From Somniosus microcephalus (lineage: Eukaryota), in assembly GCA_052327205.1 (NCBI GenBank), contig CM126214.1, positions 23,374,001 through 23,438,000 on the forward strand: 64,000 nucleotides of DNA, read 5' to 3'. Below, piece by piece: positions 1 through 12,400 of this stretch (position 1 is the stretch's first letter; every line of letters starts with the position of its first letter). The notes beneath the pieces were generated by a model. It searched no databases and was not told where the DNA came from. It saw only the letters and a list, made by a program, of their open reading frames with translations. The position numbers were made by a program, and so were the translations under genes.

Positions 1-349
1 CCGGGACGCAGGCGTTCGCTTCTGGAGTGTTGTAATTTTATTATTCCACTAAGAAGGAAAATATTAGATTCCTGAACCTGTGGGGAGAACTTTAAATTTT
101 AAAAGTAAAATACATGACTTTAAACTTTTTTACCAGCAATATTATACAAAATAATTTTTGTGTGTTCAACCTTGGCCAATGCGGCGAGGTTATAGGTAAT
201 ATCCTAGAGGTACAATTGTGTTACCTTATAAAGAAGCTGAAAGTTGTATCACCAAAATCAGCTGCCTTTTTAATAAGTTTTGTTCAGGCATTCAGCAGGA
301 AGTGTTACATTATTTACCTTTCAATGATTTTTTTGTGTGTGTTTTTCAG

Positions 350-490
350 GATTTCAGTTATATGGATGATAATTCACTTTTCTCCTCGCCTGATCCATCG
401 CTACCTGATATTGCCGATACTGATGATTTTAATCTGGATGTTCTTAATCCAAGTCTTTGGGATGCAACCAGACTAGAATCCAGCATAGAG
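350..490 (+). CDS. SBNO2: SBNO2 exon ([27 protein letters not shown]...SSIE)
   Basis: tttttcag acceptor, GAG/gtcagt donor, 141 nt, phase 0-0; resembles the SBNO2 N-terminal low-complexity region. Confidence 0.8.
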
Positions 491-3400
491 GTCAGTGCTG
501 AAAAGATATGACCGTATATATTTCACAGTTTGTTTTTATAGCAGTGATATGCTTTTAATATTGAAAATTCAAAACTGAACAAACTTTTGATCATTTTGAT
601 ATTTTGTTTATAATTGTGTGATGCTCTAAATAGTTAATGGTCACGGGGCAATAATGCTGTTCCCTAAAATACTCAACCAAAAAGATCTCCCTATCAGAGA
701 GGAGGTTCAAGTCCACAGATAGCCTTGTGGAGAGGTCTGTGTCTGATCTCGTAGTGAAAATGTATTCACTTGGATGGCATAACTGGCGGAGATAGACTGG
801 TTAGATGTGTCACCAGCACAGCTCCTGCTCTTGGATACTGCTCCAAGGGAAATGTTATATGGAACAAAATTGTAATGCTCTTTATAAATAATGTGATTAG
901 GATTGTGTAGAGAGGAAATCTGTCCCCCCAGTGCTGGAGCACAAGTTCAGTCACAACTCCAACTTGAGAAAATATTCATGGCCAACCTCATTAAAGCTGC
1001 TGGTGGACTCAAAAGATACTGAATAGAGCCACTGGAAAATTGCAGTGATTTTTCCCTCATTTGTTGCTAAATCTGATTGTTAAATTAATCCCCCTCCATT
1101 CGTAGTTCATGAAGTCATTCTTCTTCCTCCTTACTGCAGTTCACACAGGCACTCTTCTCCCCCCCCCCCCATTCTCCCAGTTTATACTGGCAATCTTCTC
1201 CCTCCTGTCCTCAGTTTACACTGCTCTCTCTTTCCCCCGCTCGCATGAATACACTTCCCTCTGCCCTCAGTTCACGCTGGCACTGTTCTTCTCAGCTTTC
1301 TCTATCCCTATGTTCACACCAGCATCTTTTCCCCCTCCCTCAGTTATGCTAGCACTCTTCTTCTCCTGCCCCCAATTCATACTAGCAGTCTTTTCCCTTC
1401 CCTCTCTGCAGTTCACCTTCCCACCCGCCCCCAACCCACCTGTCCTTGGGGGTTAAAATTCCCCCCCCCCCCCTCTGTCTCTAATGGTAGAATTCAGTTA
1501 CCTCCTCACAACTGATGACAAGCTGTCAGGTCTGTAATTATTTGGTTTCTCCCTCCCTTCCTCCCTTCTTAAATAATGAAGTGACATTTGCAATTTTCCA
1601 ATCCAAAGTCACAATTCCTAAATCTAGGGAGCTTCAGGAATTGTGAAGCTCTGCAATTTTCCGACCTATTTCTTTTTAGACTCTGGGGTGGAAACCATCA
1701 TGTCCTGAAGCGCTCTATCAGACCAACTAAAGAGGCATGGGAGCAAATTTCCCCACCATGCTTTTTGCTGCGGGATATGTGACCAATGTTTCCCCCTAAG
1801 GTGGGCGGCCGCGCACCGATCGCGAGGTCCCACGCAGGCCGCTCACCAGCTGGTGCCGCTGGAAGAGATACCCCGCATGTGTGGCCATGCAGCAAATTTG
1901 AAAGGGCCACACAGGGAAAAAAATTAGAGGGAACATTGTATGTTACCCAGCTGTGCTAGAAAGGGAGAGAAAAATTACAGGATAATGTGCCCTTAAAGAA
2001 AATAATACTGGGAGTAAATTATATTGCTCACTTCAGAGTCTTCTACAAATATCAATAAGATCTCTTATTTAAAGGAAAATGTCCCTATTCTTGCAAAATC
2101 TCAGCCTTCTCAGAGTTGTAGGTCAGCCTTTCTTACATGTAGCAGTTAATTAATAACAATATGTAGGAAATATAAGCGGAAAGTACTGTACACTGAAAGT
2201 ACTTCCCCTACAGGACTAACTATCTCCTTTAAAAGGCTTGCAGAGAAAGGAAATAATCTAAATGGTGATCTTTTTCCATTCACCAATATAAGATTCTGTT
2301 TTGTAGAAATAACTGTACATTATGACAACGCGTGTTTCTAATCTGATTATGTAGTCAACTGTAAGATATTGATGTACTGTATATTTTTTAATTGAAGTGA
2401 ATTCTATTACTCAGGTTTTTGTCCACATCCAGAGGCCTTTTTGTTGGCCGCCTTAAGCTGGCTTTCTGTTAATTTATTAAGATCATAATTATAGTATATT
2501 ATCAAGAGAGTGAAAAATCTAGATGATATGACCTGAAGTCGTATGGTGTTACATATTGCTGTACTGATAAGGTGTGCGTAGAGTGAAAATTGTCATTTCA
2601 CAAAGTGAGTTCCCAATCTCAGCTAAACCATTTGGCAGAGGACAAGGTGGGTTGGGGGGGGGGGGCGGGGGCGACGAAATTGGTAGCCAGATGGTAAATG
2701 GGCAGAAGTGGTAGAGGCCTTAGGATAGATTACCTGGCATTACTATCAATAGGAGAATGATGCGTAATGTGGGATACCTTAAGTGGCAAGTGTTATGATC
2801 ATTATATCACTTTGAATCAGTTGAGGGTAAAGTGTGTGAAAATATTTTCATTTTAAAGATATTTCTATGTTTTTTCTTCTTCCCCTGATACTGGGGATGA
2901 AAGGGCTACATTATGAGGACAGGTTGCATAGACTAGGCTTGTATTCCCTTGAGTATAGAAGATTAAGGGGTGATCTAATTGAGGTGTTTAAGATGGTTAA
3001 AGGAATTGATAAGGTAGGTAGACAGAAACTATTACCTCTGGTGGGGAAATCCAGAACAAGGGGGCATATACTTAAAATTAGAGCGAGGCCATTCAGGGGT
3101 GATGTCAGGAAGCATTTTTTCACACAAATGGTAGTTGAAATCTGGAACTCTTCTCCACCCCCACCCCCGCAAAACAAAAAGCTGTTGAGGTTAGGTCAAT
3201 TGAAAATTTCAAAACTGAGATTGATAGATTTTTGTTAGACAAGGGCATTAAGGGTTATGGAACCAAGGCAGATAGATTGAATTGAATTAAGATACAGATA
3301 GCCATGATTTAATTGACAGGCGTAACAGACTCGAGGGGCTGCATGGCCTATTCCTGTTCCTATGTTCCTTCCCTTTGCTTGCTTTTCTGATGCTTACACA

Positions 3401-6400
3401 CTGTACCAGTGAGGAGAGAAAGCTGGGGTCACACCCTCCTTGGGACATGCTGAGGCAGTGAAAGGCGCTACATAAATGCAAGTCTTTCTTTTCTTTTTTG
3501 TTACATTTATATATCAGAAGTGAATCACTAAGAGGACATCATAGAAATAGAAGAATTTTCCCTGTCCTCTCCTGAATGAGCTGACTCTTATTGGGAAGTA
3601 GTTCTAAAGGTGACAGTAGCCACCCTAAACCATGCTTCATCCGAGACCATTTTTCATGTTTGAGCACAGGCAGGGAGTGTTGGGAGGATACACGATCATG
3701 GAGAGTATCACAGCTGAGACCATCCCAGGTTTCAACTGAGGTCCACACGGACTTTTTTTTACAGCAGGAGTGACACAGGAGACCTTGCTTATTGCGTGTT
3801 TCTGTACTTTTTGGAAGGACATGATATATGAAATAGCTTTGCAGTTTGTTTGAGTTATTGTTTTGGTGTACTGTCGCAAAAAATGATTCCTGCTTGTTTG
3901 TATTTTACAGCTTACCCATTCATTTCCAGTAACCCAGCCATTTTCAAATCACCTGCAAATCAACAATGGGCTAATTCATTCTTTTCAGGTATTTTTGCTG
4001 CCAGTACTTTCCATTTGCATTCCAGAAGTATTAATATGCTTTTCCTGTTAACCTTTTGAGAAGTTTAAGAAATCAAAAACTTTTAACTAAAAAGTATATT
4101 TAGCCACAAATTACTGAATGTTACAGAACATCAAGGCCGTGTCAGGTTGATTTCATTGCGGATATTCGGGCCTATTTACTATGTCTACATTTTGTTGAGT
4201 AGTTTTGCGACAAATGATGCATCAACATTTGAAAACAGATCTCAGAATACTAATTAATTCTAGAATTTCTTGACACCTGATGTGTGCATGAAGCCAAAAT
4301 AAAGTTGACATGACACAAACAAAATCTATGGGCCCTGAAATTCGTGGACCCTTTGCAGGGGGCAGAAGTACAAAGGGGTGAGGAGGGAATTCTACCCGTC
4401 CTTTGACCTGCCATTAACCATGTCCCAAATTGTGGGGTTAGGTTTCGCTTCCATACTCGGAGTAGACAGCCTGCGGCTTTACAAATGCAACAGAATCTCC
4501 CACCAAAAAATTGGAGCAGCACCGTGCCACTCCGACCTGGGGGGACTCAAGGCCCTTATTGAGCCAAAATTTGAAATCGCAAATAAAGCTTCTTTTCTCC
4601 AAGGGAATGGTGGGGCTACATTCTGAAGGTAATCGACCCCTCTAGGATTAATTACTTTTGGTCTGTAGCACCTTAAGGGCCTTGAGAGATCTACAAAGGA
4701 ACCCATTCCTGCCCGCTTCAGTGATTGACATTTTCTTTGCAGGGTAAATATAGAGGGAATCTGACAGATCTGGTCTGTGGCCCAAATTGCACCCCCTTTC
4801 CCCTGCTGGGATCCACCACATTTTTGCCCTCTCCTGCCCCTGGGATTTCAGGTCCTTGATATTTAACAGTTGTTTTACATGATGTATCAATGCCATGGAA
4901 ACAGAAGTGGACAGTTTTGTTGGGAGCAATAGGCCTTAGGCTTCTAACAAATGGTACAATTCTCAAATGTTCAGTGCGTCATTGACGGCCCCCCATAAAT
5001 TTTTATGTTCCTGCAGAGGGCAGGAATTCCTACAGGAATTGCAAGGCCTTCTACTCGAGCACTGTTAGTTTTGTGTGTGACTGTTCACTGGATCCTGCAG
5101 ATCAGCATTTTTCAATGAATATTGATTTTGAGCATTGTACACACTGTATTAAAAATGATGTTTTTGAGTTAAAGATTTGGGACTTCATGATAGGGATATT
5201 TGCTTTTTAGTACTTCTCAATTTCTAGAAACATAGTAGGAGGTATCCATTAACAGAGATTGGATTAGATTTAGCTTGGTGATTTATTCTTCATAGAATTG
5301 GCCAGATCGTTGATGTGATTGCCCCAATCACACTTATTATAAAAGGGGTACTAGGGCCTTGGTAAGCTTAGATTGCTGTTGGACCCTTGAGTACAGCCAC
5401 ACATTTCACCCCTTCTGAATGCAATAGAGCAGAACTTGTTGGAACCCACCATACTATGTATATATATATACATTAGGACTTACCTGAGATCCTGATGTAT
5501 GTTCTTTTAGGAGAGATCTAAGGAAGCTTGCAGGGAGGGAAAAAAGGGAAAGAAGATAAGGGAAAGGAATAAAAGAAAACATTGAAAGTAAATAAAGAAA
5601 AGCAGAGTATAATAGACAAAAATAGAAAAATATTGAAAGAAATCAAAGTTTGAACTAAATTGTAATATGAATCCGAAAGAAAATTAAATAGAACATAAGA
5701 ACATAAGAAAAAGGAGCCGGAATAGGCCACTCGACCCCTCAAGCCTGCCATTCAATACGATCATGGCTGATCTTGGGCTCAAAGCCACTTTCCGGTCCGC
5801 TCCCCATAACCCTTCACTCCCTTAACTTGCAAAAATCTGTCTATCTCCACCTTAAATGTATTTAATGACCCAGCCTCCACGGCTCTCTGGGGCATAGAAA
5901 GAATATAGCAATTTACAGAAACAACTACAATTAAATACAAAAGCAGGAAAGTAAGTTGTATAAAATCACACACAAATATTTTGGGGTCAATGCCAGTGGT
6001 TTTCATGACACCTGGACAACTTCTGCCTAGGACTTAATTGTTAAGATCTAATACTGTGTTTCAGACTTGATTCTCCATGTAAGAAACTGAAAATAAAGAT
6101 GTCAAAAGATATTTGTTAGTTTATAAGTGGCTTGGATGTTACTCTACTTGAAAACTCTTGAAAGGTAGTCACATTTAGCACGTGATAGACCTTCCACATT
6201 AAGTTGGCACATAAGTAGAGCTGGTTCCTCATTGCTGTTCCAGATACGGTCTCTTAACAAATTTCACGTTACTCGTCATACCGGGTGATTGGTAACCTGA
6301 TGTCCAGTAGCCTTTTGACAACATTTGTTGTGTTAATTAATAACACGTAACAAGAGCACCTTGTGAAGATTGTTACCCTGTTCCCCGCAAATGAACTACC

Positions 6401-9400
6401 AGGTTTCAAGCTACCCGGAAAGAATAGTCCGTAGTGAACCATTTCAGAACATCGGAATGCAGATACGGTCATTTCTTACACCTCTGGAAGATGAGAGACA
6501 ACGCACAACATGACTGTAGACATCAGCCACAAACTCTGGTCCACATTGTAAATCAATGCCTGCTGCAACAGTTTGCTGGCGGTATCTCAGACTTACACTA
6601 GGCCACTTCCGAAGCCACCCACCAGCTTACCAATCTGGACTTTGTTATTTGAATGTTGAAAGTCACACTGATCAGTATTTTAATGGCCGACTCTTTTTGA
6701 ACAGTCTTACCTGCCTGTCTTGGGCATGAATTTTTTTGTAATTCTGAAATGCCATATGAGTTAAATTTGAAATTATACAAATGTTATAGTTGGCACATAT
6801 TCCTCATGTTTTAAAACTGGCAGTGAACTAAAGGTTCAAAGTGTGACATCTTGTTATGAAAGCAAATTTAAAAAAATTCACAGTATCAAAGTAGATTTTC
6901 CATATTTGAGTGATCCTGTCGCTTCTGATGCTCTTACAGACTCCACTACAACCAGAAGAGGAAGAAGAAGCTGATGATGAGGAGCCAGAAGAATTGGGAC
7001 ATGCAGAAACATATGCAGACTATGTACCTTCCAAATGTACGTGATGACAAATTGCTGTGGGGTAATTTATTGTAATAGATTTGTGAAGTATTTGCAGTAT
7101 TATGTTTGGTCTCCAACCGCCCTGCCCTGTCCAAAAAAGAGGCCATGAAATTTATTTTGAGAATAAAAATTAATTTAAGCAATTAAGACCAAAAGTTCTG
7201 AAGTGTAATAATTTAGTGACAGTTTTGTATGATATTTGATAGTTTTAAATGTCAACTACTGCACCTTCCTTGAACGTCTCTTTCATAGTCCACCTCCGTG
7301 GCACTGTTCCATGATTCCATTCCTACCTGTCACATCGTAGATATTACATTGCCTCCAATAGCCTCTCCTCCTGTGTCCCCTCATGTTATAGCTGATGGCT
7401 CTATCCTTGGTCCCCTCCTCTTGATTATTATATGATTCCCTGCAGCAATATAATCCAGAAGTTTTGGGTCTTCTACTACTATATCGACAATACTTAGCTC
7501 CACCTCTCTTCCTACTCCCATTGACCTCAAGGCTGCTGTCATTTTCTCCAATTGCCTATTTGACATTAAGACCTGAAAGAGCCATAACTTCCTCCAAATT
7601 AATATTGACATTATCAAAGCCATTATTTTTGATTCCCATAAACTCTTAGGCACCCATGCCCTCAGCTCCATCAACTTCCCTGCTCCCATTTAAGCATAAT
7701 ACCCAAAGGTTTGAATTCTTTATATATTGCTCAACCCTGAGCTTAGCTTCCTCCCCCTTGTCCGATCCATTACCAAGACCACCTCCTTCTTCCTCTGAAG
7801 CACCAGTTTTCACCCCTACCTCCTTTTCTGCTGCTGAAATCTCATCCATACCCTGATTTCCTCAAGACTTGATTTTTCCAAAAGCTTCCTTACTTCTACC
7901 CTTCATAAACTATTAAGTCATCCGGAATGCCATATACATCCCCATCACAACTGTCCTTCATGAGCCTTGTTAGCTTCCCATATCCCAGGAAATCAACTTT
8001 AAAATTATCGTCCTTAAGATCCTTCCGTGGTTTCACCCCACTCTGCCAGAGCAATAACCTCCACCCATGCTTTCCTAAGCATCTGTTCCACTCTTCCAAC
8101 ACTGGTTTACTCCTTGTTCTCTCCACCATCACTAGTGACCACTCTTTTAGCCACTATTTTCCTGTCCTCTGGAACTTGCTCCCTCAACACCTGTACCTTA
8201 TAACCGCCCTTTCTGCTTGCAGAAGCTTACTAAATGTACAAATGTAAACTGTTGTTGTAAAGTAGTCTCAGAAAGCTCACCTAAAATAATCCTGCTATTA
8301 AGTAGACTGAAATAATATGACTGCTGTTTGATTGTTTTACAAGGGTTGTTTACTCGAGGTATAAAGTGGAAATATATATGCTTCTAAAAAAAAATATTTT
8401 CGTATACAGCTAAAATTGGAATTAACCACCCAGACAGAGTGGTTGAAACAAGCACATTGTCAAGTGTGCCGCCTCCAAACATCAGATACACCCTCTGCCT
8501 TCCTCAAATGACAATTTCAAATGGTTCATTGTCTGCACTACAACTAGAAGCAATCATTTATGCATGTCAGGTATGGTGCATTTCTTTGGATTACCTAAAA
8601 GAACATTGTGGATGAGTTGTAGTTTTATATTGATAGTAAATTCGCAAAGTAAAAAATGATTCAAACATAATTGTTTTTATATATTTGTTCTCAGTATGTG
8701 GGTGATCCTGGCAAGGCCACACTTACTACCCATCCCTAGTTGTCCTAAGAAGGTGGTGGGCCTTCTCCTTGCTTTGTAGCAACTGCATTTTTTAAAACAA
8801 TTGAATTAAGAGTCAAACATATAGGCCGCGGTTTTGCTGGTGCTCAGAGGGCAGATTTGGAGGCAGGTCAGAGGTTAAATTCATTTTGATTGGCAGCGGG
8901 TTCCGATCCCGCCGTCAACCCGCCTCCAAACAGCTTTCCCAAGTGTCGGGTCCCCAATTTGCGAATAAACCCGACACCTAGTGGCGGGAAGTGGATTAAA
9001 GGCAATTACCTGCCTATTAACAGGTACTTGCCGGTAGTTTTTAGCCTGTTTTTGGATTTTCCCGCTTCTGGATCAGGTTTCCCGACGTCCGGACACCACG
9101 CCAGGTAAGTGTGGCGTGTTGTGAGTCTGCTGTAATGTTTCTGGATTGATGACAGCTGCAGAAGTGGTGTGAAGGATCCAATGTTGCACATGGTGAGTTT
9201 CAGAGCAAAGAAAATGTTGGGAACTGCATTTTTAATACATTTACAGATTTCTTTAGCTTACAAGTTTTCAAATCCATGTCCAGTGCCACCTCATTCGGAG
9301 AACCTCTTTCACCAGTTACAGATCGCTTTTGTCACCTCATCTGCGGCTGCCATCTATTCCAGTCTATGGAGGGAGTCATTGGAGAGCCTGGATGCAAGAG

Positions 9401-12400
9401 GTCACCTTTGTGCAGTGATTGTCAGTGTTTTCAGCCCCTCAGTGCTGTCAAACACTGAGAAATCAACTGTCAAAATAAAATTGTGTGTGGTCCCTTTAAG
9501 GAAACCGGCAAATGACGCATCATCAAATGACGCCATCAGACCCGCTTCCTGTTAATTGGCTGGCAAGCCCGCAGAGCGGGCTTAACAAGGTCAATCAAAG
9601 TAAAATCACGTCTGGAGCGGAAGCAGCTGGGGGCGGGACTGGAAGCCGGAAACCAGCTGTCCTGCACTCAACCCGTCTCCATTAATAAAATTGCGGCCAT
9701 AGCGTGGGACTAAAGTCCTGTGTAAGGGTGACTAGTTCATTTCCCTGAAGGACATTAGTGAACCAGTTGGGTTTTTGCAACAATCAAGCAGCTTTCATGG
9801 TAATTTTTTCTGCTGTCAGCCCTCACATTAGCTAATATATTGAATTCTATTTTACAACTTGTCATGTTTGGACTTGAGCTGATGACCTCTGGGTTGCTAG
9901 TCTAGGACTATAAATACTACACTCTTGTAACCGTGGGTCATATAGCATCCTACAGTTGTAAATGGCTATAAATTTCTTGAATGTTTAGATTTGGGTTTTT
10001 TGCCGTTCTTAATGACATTTCATGCAAAAGGTATGCAAAGCAGTCCGCAATAAAGCAATTTTTTTGTAACTTCACTTAAAATGGGAATTTGTTGCCAAGA
10101 GTTCTGCATGTGCCTGTGGATACAGAACTTGAACAGGCAATGACAGTGCAAAGGCCATTTACCTAAATAACTAAATTCTATTCCGAGACCCTATTTGAAA
10201 CAGACCATGTCAATTATTAACCTAACAGCATTAGTACAATGTCTCGTGTTTGTAAGGTATCATTCTAGTTGGTAAATAGAGGGCATAAACTTAGAACAGA
10301 AGAAGAGGTTGGGTGAAATTTTTTGCAGAGAGTTGTTAAGATAGGACATGCCCTACCAGAACCAGACTCCGTAATGGCTTTTAAAGGGGAAATAGATAAA
10401 TATATGAAAAAGAAACAGTTAAAAAGGTTCTGGGAAAGGGCAGGAGAATGAGACTAAGTGGATAGCTCTTTCAGAGGGTCGGCAAAGGAGTGATGGGCTG
10501 AATAACTGCCTGTGCTATATAGGGTGTGTTGTAGGAAAAATGATTCCTCGGAAACTAGACTTTGAGTAAGAGAGACAACTTTATTAAATGACAGAGCTCT
10601 GGGAGAAGCGTCTGCAACCACACGGTCTGCGAGAGCACCTTCTCCCCGACTGTAGTACGTGCCGAGCTTATATACAATTCCAAGAAGTTGGTTTTAGATC
10701 ATTTACATTCATCCAATCAATTCGTTTATTAGCGCATATCGTTATTTTCCTCCAGTCAGGAGTTTACACACTTGTGTTGCCAATTCTGCCTCTTCAGGTC
10801 TTCGTTCCGTCTTGTTCCCCGGCGGAATGTGATTAGTTCGATAATAGGATACAAGTGATTAGTTCGATGATAGGATACCAGTGAACCTTGTTAGTCCTCA
10901 GTGATTCAATTAGTCCCAGTCAGGACACGAGATGAACTTTGTTCCAGCCATGCGTAAGCGTGGCATGTCTCACTGTGCAGTGATTCAATTAGTCCCAGTC
11001 AGCGAATTTGTTGTTTGTGTCTTTTCCAGCAAAATCTTGTCCAGCAATCTTGTCCAGCAAAATTTTATTCTAACAGGGTGGTTTCAATGTCCAGTTTGAG
11101 AAAACTTACTAATACTGTGATATGGCACTTTTCTGAAAAAATAAATTGCTACTGACAACTACAAGAAGAAAAAAAATTGAATTTAAAGTTTCTTTGTTTA
11201 CTTTTGGAAAAGGAGCTCTGCTCCAGGATCTTCATTTAAAGATAATGCAGGTGAAAAGATTTCTAGCGGTAGATTTTCCAACTTGCCGCACGGGCATAAA
11301 ACTAGAGTGCACCTTGGATTCGATGGAAATGAAAATCGGGCAGTTTCTATAAAGGGTAGCCAATCCGCAACAACAGTTTTACATCCGGGCGGCAAGTTGA
11401 AAGTCTAACCCCAGTGTTTTTTGCAATCTATTGCTGTTTAAACTGCAAGCATGATGACATTGTTAGTGGAACTGACTGGGAAGAGGTACTATAATAGAGT
11501 TAATTTAACTTCAGTAAATTCAGTCACTAACTTTGGGTACTTCAGTGATATTGTGAGTACAGCTTTATGTTAATTTATCCTACTCACACGATCTGGCATA
11601 GTAAATCCTCCAAACCAGCCGATGTCATTAAGCTTTCACTTAAACAATAAAAATCAACAGAAAACAACATTGAAGTGAAATGATAATTGTTTAAAGCTAA
11701 TGCTATTTTAAAAATAATTTTGATGGCTTACTCCTTAAAATTACACAGTGCTTGCTGTGAAACGTTACTTTAATTTTTTTTTTTCCATTTTTCTCCGAAG
11801 GTACTAACTCATGTTGGGTTATGGTTTAACAAGTGCCAGCATCCCACTGGTACCTGGACCAAGTAGGCACGCCCCATGTGCACACCTTTACTGTGAGTCT
11901 TGCCAGGCAATTCACCCACAGAGATATCATAGCCAAGCCTGATCCTGTCACTCACAACATCCACCCATGCATGATTTGTAGCAAAAGTCACTAGATAACA
12001 ATTGGGGTGAAAATACTGGCTGAATTCCGCCCCCCCCCCGATTGCAATACCCCTACTGCTATCCTGACCAAGATCAGTTAATTCATATACACCAGAGAGA
12101 ACATCCAGGACTTGGTCATCTGTATGACTCTACCACATCTGGTAGTGCATTTATTCATTTAGCCATTGGGAGGGCTTATTTAAATGCTAGTGTATGTATT
12201 TATTACTGTGTGATGGAAAAATTCTATTTCTTTGACATCTTTTTAGCAACATGAAATCCTGTTGGAAAATAACCATCGTGCAGGGTTTCTTATTGGTGAT
12301 GGGGCTGGTGTTGGAAAGGGAAGAACTGTGGCTGGCATCATTTATGAAAATTACATAAAGGGCAGAAAGAAGTCATTGTGGTAAGTATAAAGTAATTGCA

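Noticed and set aside
1109-1456. Hydrophobic 115-aa ORF resembling a membrane protein
   Set aside because: Translation of a pyrimidine-rich minisatellite.
3591-3773. Possible extra SBNO2 exon
   Set aside because: No convincing acceptor/donor pair and no similarity to SBNO proteins.
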